NCBI GenBank assembly: GCA_964430885.1
Contig: CAYSHM010000005.1
Span: 87,068-151,067, forward strand
Origin: an uncultured archaeon
GTDB taxonomy: Archaea > Thermoplasmatota > Penumbrarchaeia > JASLWR01
Reading direction: 5' to 3'
DNA length: 64,000 bases
The notes under the pieces were generated by a model that worked only from the letters and a program-made list of their open reading frames with translations, ran no database searches and was not told where the DNA came from. Below are positions 1 through 10,091 of this stretch, in pieces; the stretch's first letter is position 1; the number at the start of each line of letters is the position of its first letter. A program made the translations under genes and the position numbers.

Positions 1-2
1 AA

Positions 3-1838
3 TCAAATTTCCACCTTGAACACCTCCGCCCACTGCTCATCAATGCCATCATTGTTCTTATCCGTGGCATTCCTATATAATAAATTGAACGGGTACTGGC
101 TGAATTTGGCATAGGAAGCGGGTGTCATCGGCTCGGGCACTACACCCACTTTTTCTTGAACTCCAACATCCAGCATGATGTGGTCAATTACGATAAAAGA
201 TACAGGGGGCAGTCGGGTCTGATTTGTGGTGTTCAATTCATTTAGGCAGTCCCTCCAATCTTCAGCAAACCAGAGCCAATGTACATCATCTTCATAGGTC
301 AGGTTCCTGAACTCACCCTTGCCGTAGATTACTTGGGCCAGACGGTGATCGGCAGCAACCGTGAGATTCTTATCAAGGTTGGAGAACATCCAATCTAGAA
401 CCGACATGAACTCATGTGAATAATCCTCATTGTACCCGCCCACCGATTCACGCATGGGATAGGACGAGATACCGCTGGAAATAATGACCAGAATAACAGT
501 GACTGATATGAATCCTTTGAAAGCTGAAGAAGACCTGATAAATGGCTGGCGGAATGATAAAATGGGGCCCTTTAGCTTGGACCTATCTTCTACTACTTTC
601 CCCATTCTATCCCTGTACTCCAATCCCTTTCGGTAATAGCTATACACTCCCAATCCCGCTACAATGCTCAGGGGTTCCATTAAGTATTCAAAATGTCTAT
701 CAGGGAAAAGAACGCGGTTCCCGGTAATAAGCGCTATTGAAGCTGAAAGAGTGATGGCTATCAACCAGCCCAATATATAGGCTCGTGCCTCGGATATCCA
801 GATGTACTTCAGACCTAGAACCGTAAAGGCCAAAATGATAACCAGAGGCAGGGAGATAAAAACAACCTTCCAATTCAATTTTGCCGTTGTGCCGGGAATT
901 GTGATGAAATGAGCTCCTGCCACCATCACTATAACCATCAATAAAACGCAAACCGACAATATCTGAGAATCATTATTGCCAGTGTATTCAGGCTTTTTTA
1001 TTTTTGAAAGATATTTTCGCAGATTATCGGACATAAGAAGCATGAACATCAGGGCTACATAGAACGCTATTACAACCGCCAATGGGAGCATTTGGGTCCC
1101 TGATTTCATGAAGGAACTGAAATATCTCCCTGCCACAATAAGCCAATAGGAAAAGGCGGTTATGGTGAATCCCAATAGGTAGAGCATCTGATTTTTCAGA
1201 TCCTCATTACCTTTGGGATTGAAGGCATTTCTGAAAAGGATCATCCCTCCTAGCGATATTATGTACATGTATGTGGTCAGATGATGGCTCATTATGAGAA
1301 GGGCAGAGGTGAGGACCAAAGGTATCAAGAAGCGTTTTTTCCGTGAATATCTCAAGAAAAAATACAGGCTAGATAGCATAAAGAAATGACCTATAGTGAG
1401 GGGCGCGGCATGGGAGGTTTGATAGAGATGTATGGGATTTACAGCCACAAAAGCTGCAGAGATAAGTGCCAATCTCCTATTGGCAAACAGATCATTTACA
1501 ATAAAATAAATAAGTAAGGCTGTAAGGGCTCCAAAAACAGGTGCGGTATAGGTTAATGACTTCATTATCGATAAACCTGTGAGTATGTGAACAACACCCC
1601 CCAATATGTAAAGTATTGGGAAATATTCGTATGATCCGCCCCATCCTTCGTATGTATTGAAAATTGTCCCGTATTTTACAAAAGAATTGGTCAACCCATA
1701 GTACACTCCAATATCATTACCCCATGCCGCATTTGTCCACGCTGGAATAGAGCGCAGAAGAAAAGCAAATACAATTACTATAAAAAGAGTAAGACGGATT
1801 CTCCTATTCATAAATCCTAAAAAATTATCAATTCTCAT
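3..1838 (-). CDS. Polytopic membrane protein, probable GT-C superfamily glycosyltransferase (3' end runs off window)
   Basis: About 12 hydrophobic segments, an acidic residue in the loop after TM1 (WGNDIGVY), a YFP motif, HHLTT and a C-terminal soluble domain. No stop codon inside the window. Confidence 0.55.
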   Translation of the reverse strand: MRIDNFLGFMNRRIRLTLFIVIVFAFLLRSIPAWTNAAWGNDIGVYYGLTNSFVKYGTIFNTYEGWGGSYEYFPILYILGGVVHILTGLSIMKSLTYTAPVFGALTALLIYFIVNDLFANRRLALISAAFVAVNPIHLYQTSHAAPLTIGHFFMLSSLYFFLRYSRKKRFLIPLVLTSALLIMSHHLTTYMYIISLGGMILFRNAFNPKGNEDLKNQMLYLLGFTITAFSYWLIVAGRYFSSFMKSGTQMLPLAVVIAFYVALMFMLLMSDNLRKYLSKIKKPEYTGNNDSQILSVCVLLMVIVMVAGAHFITIPGTTAKLNWKVVFISLPLVIILAFTVLGLKYIWISEARAYILGWLIAITLSASIALITGNRVLFPDRHFEYLMEPLSIVAGLGVYSYYRKGLEYRDRMGKVVEDRSKLKGPILSFRQPFIRSSSAFKGFISVTVILVIISSGISSYPMRESVGGYNEDYSHEFMSVLDWMFSNLDKNLTVAADHRLAQVIYGKGEFRNLTYEDDVHWLWFAEDWRDCLNELNTTNQTRLPPVSFIVIDHIMLDVGVQEKVGVVPEPMTPASYAKFSQYPFNLLYRNATDKNNDGIDEQWAEVFKVEI

Positions 1839-1955
1839 GTTCGATTCCCCTAATCTACTCTGTCGTCTGCAAGCCTCATATCAATGAAATGGACATCACA
1901 GACGAATATCCCGTTGTAAATGATATTGGAGCTATTTGAATGATTTCAGTTCCGA

Positions 1956-4900
1956 TCATGCGGAGAATCTAGGCGGGCGCGGAACGTAATTCGGGAAAGT
2001 GGCGTTCTCTTCTGTTAGTTCAGCCGGTCCTTCTTCCATCAATGTTCCTGAGGGATATTGATCTCCATCTCTAGGATCCAAGGGTTCCAGTTGAGGGATA
2101 TATTGAGCATCATCGTCATTATCTTCGGCTGGTACTATCCTGGGAGGAGGAGGGCGCGGGGTCGAAATTGCGACATTAACAGCATATAGCCCCCTATCCT
2201 GCATTTCATTGCTGTTCATACCATTGTTATAAATGTCATTTTGTTGAAAAGGGCTGCTGCCAGTTTGATATGCGGTATCATTTCTAGAGTTAGAGAAAGG
2301 CCCAACAGTATAGTGATTACCAGAGCCTTCCCACGGAGATGAATCAGGGGTGATCATAAAATCGCCGACTTCATCACCATCATCATCTGTATCACTTCCC
2401 TTCTTTATCTTTACCAGGACAAAAATGACCACTGCGAGAATAATCAATAATACCAGCACTAGCACAACAATAATTACAGCATTTGAGGATGAACCGTCGT
2501 CTGAATTTTCCTGAATGTACCCATTGTTGCCACCATCATCATCCAAATCATCATCGCCGATCCCGCCACCGGGTGAGTTCGGATCAGAATCCGTGGTCAA
2601 TGTGAAGTTCCAGACTGGCGAGGACCAATCAGCTATTTCTCCATCCAAAAAGGGCTGAACGGACCAGTAATAAGTAGTGTCATTCCCACCATTCTCTGGT
2701 AACTGATCGAGTATGAAGGTATGATTTGATTGTATCAGTTCATCCGCATATTCTGAACGGGGAGGATTGACCGTTCCCACAAGCACAGAATATGTTACCT
2801 GCCTTTTTCCAGGATAATCAAGTTCCCATTTAAGATCCGCCTTTTCGCCCTCTATGTTAGCTCCATTACTCGGTTCCTTTAAGGTAATAATTCCGGTCAT
2901 TTCAACTGTGAATATCCATTGCTCTGATATATGAGGTGACTCGATACCGTCAAGGACAGGTACAACACGCCAATAATAGCTCATCATATCCTGAAGGCCT
3001 TCAAGTAGGGTATAATTTGAAGACACTCCATTGATTACAGTTCCGTTAATGCCCGGTGAATCACCTATGATAACAATGAACTGGAGGGTGGAACTGCCGT
3101 TATAGGTGTAGTTCCATTCCAATCCAACCTCCTGACCTGATACCAATCCATTAAGGGATGGGAACAATAAGCCTATTGAGACGGGATAACTTACGGAAAA
3201 ATGGAAAATCTCGGACTGGGGTCCTCGGGATATCCAGTTCAATCGAGCCTTAATACACCAGTAATAGGTGGCCCCATCCTCCAGGTCCCATAAATTGACC
3301 AAACTGCCGGAATTATTAAGTAAATACGGTTCAAGCTCATCTTGCTCGACACCCATAAATATATCGAAGGTCAGCTTTTGATTCCCAATATATTCAAAGT
3401 CCCAGGCCAACTCTGCATTGTAACCATATACCCAAGAGCGATTGGATGGTTGGGTAAGAGTAATAAGAACATCCAGTTCCACAGTAAAATCAAAGACCGC
3501 AGAGCTCCAAACCGCCAGGTCTCCGTCAACATAAGGAATCACCTTCCAGTAATATGTCTCACCGTCCTTGAGACCCGTTACCATGGTAGTGGTATCCGAA
3601 ATAAAAGAAGCTACAATCCCCGATGGAGGTGTTTCGGCCCCTAAGAGAACATCAAATCGAACCCCACCCGATCCAGAGTAATCCAGGTCCCACTGTAGTT
3701 CTATGGAAGTAGTATTGATAATATCTCCCTTATCCGGAAAAGTTGGTTCAACAGAGCCTTGAGGGAGCAGAATGTCAAAGGAAAATGATATCTCTTGCTC
3801 AGTGAAATCTTCATCGTACAGATCGTCATATATCACGGTAACCTCGTCCCCTCCCATCACCTTGATTTCGGAATCCGGTTTCGATGATGAAGAGGATAGC
3901 GTCACCTGACCCTGAAAAATGCCCGTATCATCACCGCTTTCCGTCAAAGAAAAGGTAATGCCTTCATTGTCGCTGTCAGAATATATGCTCAGTTGAAGTT
4001 CTTCAATTTTTGTGGAATTCCCATTGGCATCCTTATCATTCACAATGACCGTTACTGCCTCACCGGTATAGAAATCTGTGCCCTGATCCCCGATACCTCC
4101 GGAAATCTCAAGGGTTCCAGTTGCAGTACCGTAAATATCCCATAGACTGGAAAAGTAATCGGAAGCTTGATCTGCAAAACTGCTGTTGCTTACAAGCAGA
4201 TTTGTATTAAGCTGATCATAGAGAGCCTCATATGCCCAATTGGTACTCCCCAAAAGGACCTTATCATCGCATAAAATAAGTTTTGCATGTGTATTCTTGT
4301 CAACACTGTCCACCACAGAGGGAATTCTGCTCTCTCTCAATAAATCCAGGGCGTTCAAGTTGTCAGCGCTCACATAATCCATATAAGTGGTTTGCTCGAG
4401 AATAACCTTCACATCAACTCCTCTGTTGTATGCATTCTCTATTTTGCTTAACAGGATCTGTGCAGCCTGAGATTCGCTTATATGATACATAATTAGACGG
4501 ATTTCATCAGACGCTCCATCAATAATAACCGCAGCCTCATCGTAATATTCATCGCAAACAACGGTTTTTATACCGTTATGATCGACTGCTGATAACGTAG
4601 GACAAGTGGTCTGGTCCGCCCAAATGCTCTCGTAATAGGATTTGAAAAAAGTTCCAACCGCGGTTGAGTTGACCAATACATTCGCCTCATGATTTTCGAA
4701 GGTTGATTTCAGATCCCAATTGGTACTGCCTAAAAGCACTTTGTCATCAGCCACAACCATCTTGGAATGAAGTTTAATATCATTACCATCCATCTTCACC
4801 TCCACACCATTTCCAATCAAATGGTCCTTGGTATCGTTGTTTTCCGGAGGCGTATTATCCATTAGAAATCTGACATCCGCACCCCTTCCGTGAGCATCAA

Positions 4901-5639
4901 TAAGAGACTGGTAAAGCTGGGATACAGAGTACTCCGGATGTGACGGATACAGGATGGAAAGGTACTGAAGAACATAGACATAGTCATCTGCTTCCTCTAT
5001 GAGACCTATGGCTTCTGAGGCGTAATTATTATCGGTAACCAGTTTCCCACCACCACCTTGGACAATGGGTGAATTGAGTTCGCCCGGAGTCGGAACATTG
5101 ATGGATTCCCAATTGTCAACTCCGTCAGGAATCCTAGCTATCGAAATATCATCGGCTGTGCTGTCGAATTGAAAAAAATCCACGATTCCGCTCTGATCAT
5201 CAAGTAGATTCACCCAGTCTCCTGCGTTATTGAGGCCTACGCCTGTCTGGGAGCCGTAGAATACCATAACCTCGCCGGGACCTATACTCGTTCCACCAGG
5301 TATGGAATAAGGAGATGTACCACCAGCGGAAACGTCATCCAGCTGCCATCCCGATATGTCAACAGAGGCATCCCCTTTATTGTAAAGCTCGATCCATTCG
5401 TCATCACCGTAATCCAAGGCGCCTGAACCGTCCCAATCATAGTTCGGATCGGCCAGGAATTCGTTGATAACTATCGGCCCAGCACGGGTATTTTTTTTTA
5501 AAAAATGGCCTAGCTGAAACTTCACCTCAATGTCAGAGTCAGAAGGAAACAAAAAGGCTGATAAGAGTGAAAAGGATATTAATAACGACAAAATGAAAAT
5601 AACTGAACTTTTCATAGATTCACCTATTCCTGTCTGCAA
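1956..5639 (-). CDS. Membrane-anchored surface protein: lamin-tail domain, two phospholipase D (HKD) domains, FN3-like repeats, TM and cytoplasmic tail (likely start ATG 5615)
   Basis: Signal peptide MKSSVIF; lamin-tail motifs IVINEF..P, DEWIELYN, VDISGWQLDD, LNNAGD; HSKMVVAD..GSTNW and HAKLILCD..GSTNW; repeated L.DG.TYYW.V.P; C-terminal TM followed by KIKK. Confidence 0.8.
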   Translation of the reverse strand: MQTGIGESMKSSVIFILSLLISFSLLSAFLFPSDSDIEVKFQLGHFLKKNTRAGPIVINEFLADPNYDWDGSGALDYGDDEWIELYNKGDASVDISGWQLDDVSAGGTSPYSIPGGTSIGPGEVMVFYGSQTGVGLNNAGDWVNLLDDQSGIVDFFQFDSTADDISIARIPDGVDNWESINVPTPGELNSPIVQGGGGKLVTDNNYASEAIGLIEEADDYVYVLQYLSILYPSHPEYSVSQLYQSLIDAHGRGADVRFLMDNTPPENNDTKDHLIGNGVEVKMDGNDIKLHSKMVVADDKVLLGSTNWDLKSTFENHEANVLVNSTAVGTFFKSYYESIWADQTTCPTLSAVDHNGIKTVVCDEYYDEAAVIIDGASDEIRLIMYHISESQAAQILLSKIENAYNRGVDVKVILEQTTYMDYVSADNLNALDLLRESRIPSVVDSVDKNTHAKLILCDDKVLLGSTNWAYEALYDQLNTNLLVSNSSFADQASDYFSSLWDIYGTATGTLEISGGIGDQGTDFYTGEAVTVIVNDKDANGNSTKIEELQLSIYSDSDNEGITFSLTESGDDTGIFQGQVTLSSSSSKPDSEIKVMGGDEVTVIYDDLYDEDFTEQEISFSFDILLPQGSVEPTFPDKGDIINTTSIELQWDLDYSGSGGVRFDVLLGAETPPSGIVASFISDTTTMVTGLKDGETYYWKVIPYVDGDLAVWSSAVFDFTVELDVLITLTQPSNRSWVYGYNAELAWDFEYIGNQKLTFDIFMGVEQDELEPYLLNNSGSLVNLWDLEDGATYYWCIKARLNWISRGPQSEIFHFSVSYPVSIGLLFPSLNGLVSGQEVGLEWNYTYNGSSTLQFIVIIGDSPGINGTVINGVSSNYTLLEGLQDMMSYYWRVVPVLDGIESPHISEQWIFTVEMTGIITLKEPSNGANIEGEKADLKWELDYPGKRQVTYSVLVGTVNPPRSEYADELIQSNHTFILDQLPENGGNDTTYYWSVQPFLDGEIADWSSPVWNFTLTTDSDPNSPGGGIGDDDLDDDGGNNGYIQENSDDGSSSNAVIIVVLVLVLLIILAVVIFVLVKIKKGSDTDDDGDEVGDFMITPDSSPWEGSGNHYTVGPFSNSRNDTAYQTGSSPFQQNDIYNNGMNSNEMQDRGLYAVNVAISTPRPPPPRIVPAEDNDDDAQYIPQLEPLDPRDGDQYPSGTLMEEGPAELTEENATFPNYVPRPPRFSA

Positions 5640-5940
5640 CTGGCCATATGCAGCCTATAAATTCCAAAAGAAAATCCGAACGCTTTGTCAGTAAGTGTTC
5701 TGTAAAATAAATTGCTGTCCTATATTAATCTGTTTCTCAGAATTGGACATATCTTGCAAATGGGGCCATTCTAAAAAACATTTCATATCTAAATATACTT
5801 TGCAGACCGTCATTTCGAGCTTCATACCAAAACAAATATATTGATACAAATAAATTATTAAGAAACAAGTCGTTTACAATATAGATTAAACTAAGTGTTT
5901 TAATTATTAAAAATTCAGGCAATATAAGAAGCGGGCAACT

Positions 5941-8535
5941 TTGAACAAAAATGCAAGAGGTAATAACATGGTTAAAAATAATTACAAACATTTCTTAATA
6001 AAAAGCTCTGCGGCGGCATTGACCCTTCTATTTCTGCTAAGTGCCCTGTCGGCGGTCAATTCATCCACTTTGAAGGAAACCTTTGATGGCGGTGAGTCAA
6101 CAGCAGTATACGATTCCGATGACAAACCCACCTTGACCATGCCTGCTGGTGCGGTCATATTCAACACTTCACTTGACATAAGCGGGAGTATATCCAATCC
6201 TGATGAGTTCACGGAACTGATACCCTCTGATCAGGGAAGCGGAGGGTGGTACGGTGCATCGGCGGAAGATCCTCCTGTATCCAATCCTGCCAACCTCAAA
6301 ACAAATGGTTTTTCAGCCGGACAGAAGAACGATATGTCCGCACCCAATGGCATCTACGTACGCACAAAAGCGAACATGGAAAACCAGGGCCCATACCATC
6401 ATTTCTCATTTACAGTCCCCTATCCCGAAGCGGATATCGGCAATATGGAACTTAAATGGAGGGGGAAAGGAGAGGAGCCTCTCGTGGATATGCTTGACCG
6501 ATACAAAGCAACAATATACGTTTGGAACCATCAGGGTACAAACTGGGTGCAGCTGGATTCCTATGGACTTTCCCCTTCATCGTCTTTAATGTGGCTCAGC
6601 GGCAATATATCTTCCCACATATCCAATTACATTGATAACAATGATGAGGTCCACCTCCTTGTCAGATCTTGGATCTTCGGAACAACTGAAGCCTACATCG
6701 ATACTGATTATGCAGTCCTGAACATTTCCTACCGAGGTGGAGGTCAATATCCAGAAGGACTATCGCTGAAACTCAAAGAGGGAGGAGTGAATGTTTGGGA
6801 CTATCCCGGCGTCCTCCAGGGTATAACAACCCTAGGTAATTCCAAACTGAAGGCGACCATTCAGGAGATGTCAAATGAGGCATATGAGCTCGGTTCGGAA
6901 ACATTGACCCTGACCTTTATTATCGGTAATTCCGGGGGAGGGATAATTCAGCTATCCAATCTATCGGTGGAATACGGACTTGAACCCTGGGTGGATACAG
7001 ATGCGATAAGCGCATCATTCCAGGAAGACCTAGATCCCATGGGACTCATTGATCTGCATGACCATTTCAGGGACGACGAAGCCCTGGAGGATCTGACCTT
7101 TGAGATAATATACCAATCACAACCCTCGAAGGTCTCAGCTGAACTGGGTGCTAACGGCCATACCCTTGACTTCACATCTGAGGCCGATGATTGGAACGGA
7201 GAAGTGTCAATGGGAATACGAGCTACGGATACGGATGGACTTTTCTGCGAGTTCTTCAACATTACCGTAACTGTCATTCCAGTGAACGATGAGCCCTTCA
7301 CACTAGGCATTCCACATCAGATATGGTACGAAGATAAAACCTGCCCGGAGGATTTTCTGGACCTATGGAACTATTTCGGGGACGGCGGATGGAAGGAGGA
7401 TCTAGTAAGCAATATGACCTTCACCTTGCCTCCTGATAAGAATCCGCTTTTAGCAGATAAAACCGCTTTGGGATCCATTACTGACAACCGATATTTTCAT
7501 GTGATACCCTGGTATAACTACAACGGCAATGTTGCATTCGTGGTCAGAGCTGAGGACCGCGGCGGAGATATTATTGAAGCAAATCTTACTATGGAAATAA
7601 TGCCCACTAACGACCCGCCCCAGTTCAATTCGACCCCCCCTGAGATAATTGATGAAGGAAAAAATTATACTTATACCCCCCAGACCTGGGATCTTGACGG
7701 TGATGCTCTCACCCTCACAGTGGAGTCGGGGCCGGAGGGTTTGATATCAAATGGAACTGGAATAATCTGGATGCCCGAAGACAAGGATGTAGGTATACAC
7801 AACATTTCTCTTCTACTTAGTGATAGTGAGAACTATACTTATCAGAATTTTACGCTAACCGTTCGGAATGCAAATGACGCTCCAGTCCTAGATGAGATTG
7901 ACCCGATTACACTTGAAGTTGGAGATATTCTTAATCTCACAATTACAGCGGACGATCCAGATATGATGATCGACCCATTTGAAATGCTGACATTTACCGA
8001 CGATTGCAGTCTTTTCGACGTAGGTTATGATACAGGGAAAATATGGTTCAAACCCTCATGGATGCATATAGGAATACATAATTTTACACTGAGTGTTTCA
8101 GATGGAAAGGGGCTGGCCGATCAAATAGATGTTACATTGAGAATTACCCTCCCTAACGGAACATCATTGCCGGAGATCAAAGTTCTGAAACCGGAAAATA
8201 GAACTGACCTTGTAGCAGGGGAAATGAACGATTATGAAATTGAGATACTTAATCACGAAATAGGAGTGAACTGGAATATAACCTGGTACTATGAAGGAAA
8301 CATCATCGGATATGGATTAGCCATAGACCATATGTTCAAAACTCCTGGAAAGCATACCATAAAGGTGGCTGCAAAGGACGGAGAAGCTGAGCTGGAGGCT
8401 GAATTCGATGTTACGGTTGATGAAGAAAGGAAGAAAAAGAAAGATGATTCTCCAGGTTTTGGAATCATACTACTAACCACAGTGCTCAGTTTGTCCCTGG
8501 TCGTGTATTCAAGAAGAAGAATTAGAAGTGACTAG
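5941..8535 (+). CDS. Cell-surface protein with cadherin/Ig-like (tandem-95-type) repeats and PGF-CTERM sorting signal (likely start ATG 5968)
   Basis: Signal peptide; repeated V.PVND.P, PTNDPP and NANDAP motifs; PKD-like end; C-terminus DSPGF, then TM, then RRR. Confidence 0.8.
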   Translation: MNKNARGNNMVKNNYKHFLIKSSAAALTLLFLLSALSAVNSSTLKETFDGGESTAVYDSDDKPTLTMPAGAVIFNTSLDISGSISNPDEFTELIPSDQGSGGWYGASAEDPPVSNPANLKTNGFSAGQKNDMSAPNGIYVRTKANMENQGPYHHFSFTVPYPEADIGNMELKWRGKGEEPLVDMLDRYKATIYVWNHQGTNWVQLDSYGLSPSSSLMWLSGNISSHISNYIDNNDEVHLLVRSWIFGTTEAYIDTDYAVLNISYRGGGQYPEGLSLKLKEGGVNVWDYPGVLQGITTLGNSKLKATIQEMSNEAYELGSETLTLTFIIGNSGGGIIQLSNLSVEYGLEPWVDTDAISASFQEDLDPMGLIDLHDHFRDDEALEDLTFEIIYQSQPSKVSAELGANGHTLDFTSEADDWNGEVSMGIRATDTDGLFCEFFNITVTVIPVNDEPFTLGIPHQIWYEDKTCPEDFLDLWNYFGDGGWKEDLVSNMTFTLPPDKNPLLADKTALGSITDNRYFHVIPWYNYNGNVAFVVRAEDRGGDIIEANLTMEIMPTNDPPQFNSTPPEIIDEGKNYTYTPQTWDLDGDALTLTVESGPEGLISNGTGIIWMPEDKDVGIHNISLLLSDSENYTYQNFTLTVRNANDAPVLDEIDPITLEVGDILNLTITADDPDMMIDPFEMLTFTDDCSLFDVGYDTGKIWFKPSWMHIGIHNFTLSVSDGKGLADQIDVTLRITLPNGTSLPEIKVLKPENRTDLVAGEMNDYEIEILNHEIGVNWNITWYYEGNIIGYGLAIDHMFKTPGKHTIKVAAKDGEAELEAEFDVTVDEERKKKKDDSPGFGIILLTTVLSLSLVVYSRRRIRSD

Positions 8536-8578
8536 AACTAATACCTGGTAGCATTCAGTAAAAATGAATATATAACCA

Positions 8579-9031
8579 TCATTTATTATTGCCTCGGGTA
8601 GCCCTGTAGGAGGAAATATAATCCGCCATTGAAGTACTGGCTACTGTTTCACCTATGATATCCATGGGAATGTCCTCTAATTTTCGAAACCTTAGACATG
8701 ATTTCCCCATGTTCAATTTTTTACCAGTCCTCTCGAAGGATTCCTTCAATTCCTTTTCCTTTTTCGGATCGCCGTAGACATTCATTAGATATACCGAATA
8801 ATAATTCTTCTGAGCTGCCAAGGCCGCATACATCAGGGATTGACCGTTATAGGTATCGGACAATACACTTAGAGAGACCTCGTAACATATCATACCCCAA
8901 TTCATGTTTTCCTGATATCCCTCTGGAAGATTCTTGATCATCATATCCCTTATTTCCGAGATCACTTTTCTTCTTTCAGGAAGCAATTCTTCCAAATACC
9001 CTTCCACTGTAGCAGCCTTACTGCTCACCAA
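8579..9031 (-). CDS. DUF1801 (YdhG-like) domain protein
   Basis: TVEGYLEEL..ERR, GYQENMNWGMICY, AALAAQKNYYSVY, LNMGKSCLRF. Confidence 0.85.
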   Translation of the reverse strand: MVSSKAATVEGYLEELLPERRKVISEIRDMMIKNLPEGYQENMNWGMICYEVSLSVLSDTYNGQSLMYAALAAQKNYYSVYLMNVYGDPKKEKELKESFERTGKKLNMGKSCLRFRKLEDIPMDIIGETVASTSMADYISSYRATRGNNK

Positions 9032-9228
9032 TTCATCACCCTTTTATTATAGGTCAATAAGTTCAGGTCAGATCGATTTGGACCAAAAAGGTTCCAGCTG
9101 CATCTAATACGAACAAATGACATGAGATAATATGCATTACCCTAAATCGAACAAAGCTTATTACCCGGTTATATTATTTCAATAATATTGCAGACATTTA
9201 TTTATCGGAAATTATACATTGTTTATGA

Positions 9229-10056
9229 ATGGTAAAAACCATGAAAAAGCCATTCCTTATATCGGGGATTCTGATCATCTCAATGCTGCTTCTTATTCTA
9301 TCCCTGATAATGCCATGGTACAACCTGAACCACACTGCAGGAGGAGCTCTTTATTCCGAGAGCAGTTTTAAATTATCCTACGGCGATATAAGTAATCTGG
9401 AGAGCATGGGCCTTTGGAACGAGAAAAGGGTGCATCAAGCAACATCAAGCCCTCAGATATTCAAAGAACCCCGCAGCGGCGTAAGTGGGAGTAATTACGA
9501 GAAATCGCCCAACATAGACAGTACCATGACCACAACAGCTGTTTTTGTGATAATCGCTTCCCTGCTCAACATTATTTCATTGATCGGATCCTTTCTTCTT
9601 TTAAAGAGTAAGGGGAGAGGACGCAGGAATGCAAGGCGGATAATGCTCTTGACCATCATTCTGATGTTCGGCTGCACTATTTGGACGTCGTTCTACTTCT
9701 ATACCAATATACCTGTTGCAGTTAACGAAGATATTGATACAACCATCTACCCCGACCTCTATGATCACATAACTGAGGACAATCTTACATTCCCCGGGAG
9801 TGACGGAAGAAGTGAATTTTGGTCCACACGCAGGGATGTATACGATCAGTTCAGCTCCACTACCGAGCATGAGAGAACATTTACTGGTAGCGACACCAGT
9901 CAATTCCAGCAGAGTTATTTTGACGGGAAGATCCACCTCAATATTGTCAATGAATTCTCCTGGGGGCCTTCTCCGGGTTTTTTAATCTTCCTAGGTGTAA
10001 CTTTCATCTCCTTTGCAGCCATGATCATGGTATTGATAAACAAACCATATCCTTGA
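9229..10056 (+). CDS. Hypothetical four-TM membrane protein
   Basis: Four hydrophobic helices with large loops after TM1 (PWY) and TM3, and WGPSPG before the last TM. Confidence 0.6.
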   Translation: MVKTMKKPFLISGILIISMLLLILSLIMPWYNLNHTAGGALYSESSFKLSYGDISNLESMGLWNEKRVHQATSSPQIFKEPRSGVSGSNYEKSPNIDSTMTTTAVFVIIASLLNIISLIGSFLLLKSKGRGRRNARRIMLLTIILMFGCTIWTSFYFYTNIPVAVNEDIDTTIYPDLYDHITEDNLTFPGSDGRSEFWSTRRDVYDQFSSTTEHERTFTGSDTSQFQQSYFDGKIHLNIVNEFSWGPSPGFLIFLGVTFISFAAMIMVLINKPYP

Positions 10057-10091
10057 AAAAACCAATGTTTCCACCTGAAAAGTCGCTTAGA

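Noticed and set aside
5737-5991. 84-aa ORF in the divergent promoter region
   Set aside because: AT-rich, overlaps the start of the opposite gene and has no motif; probably spurious.
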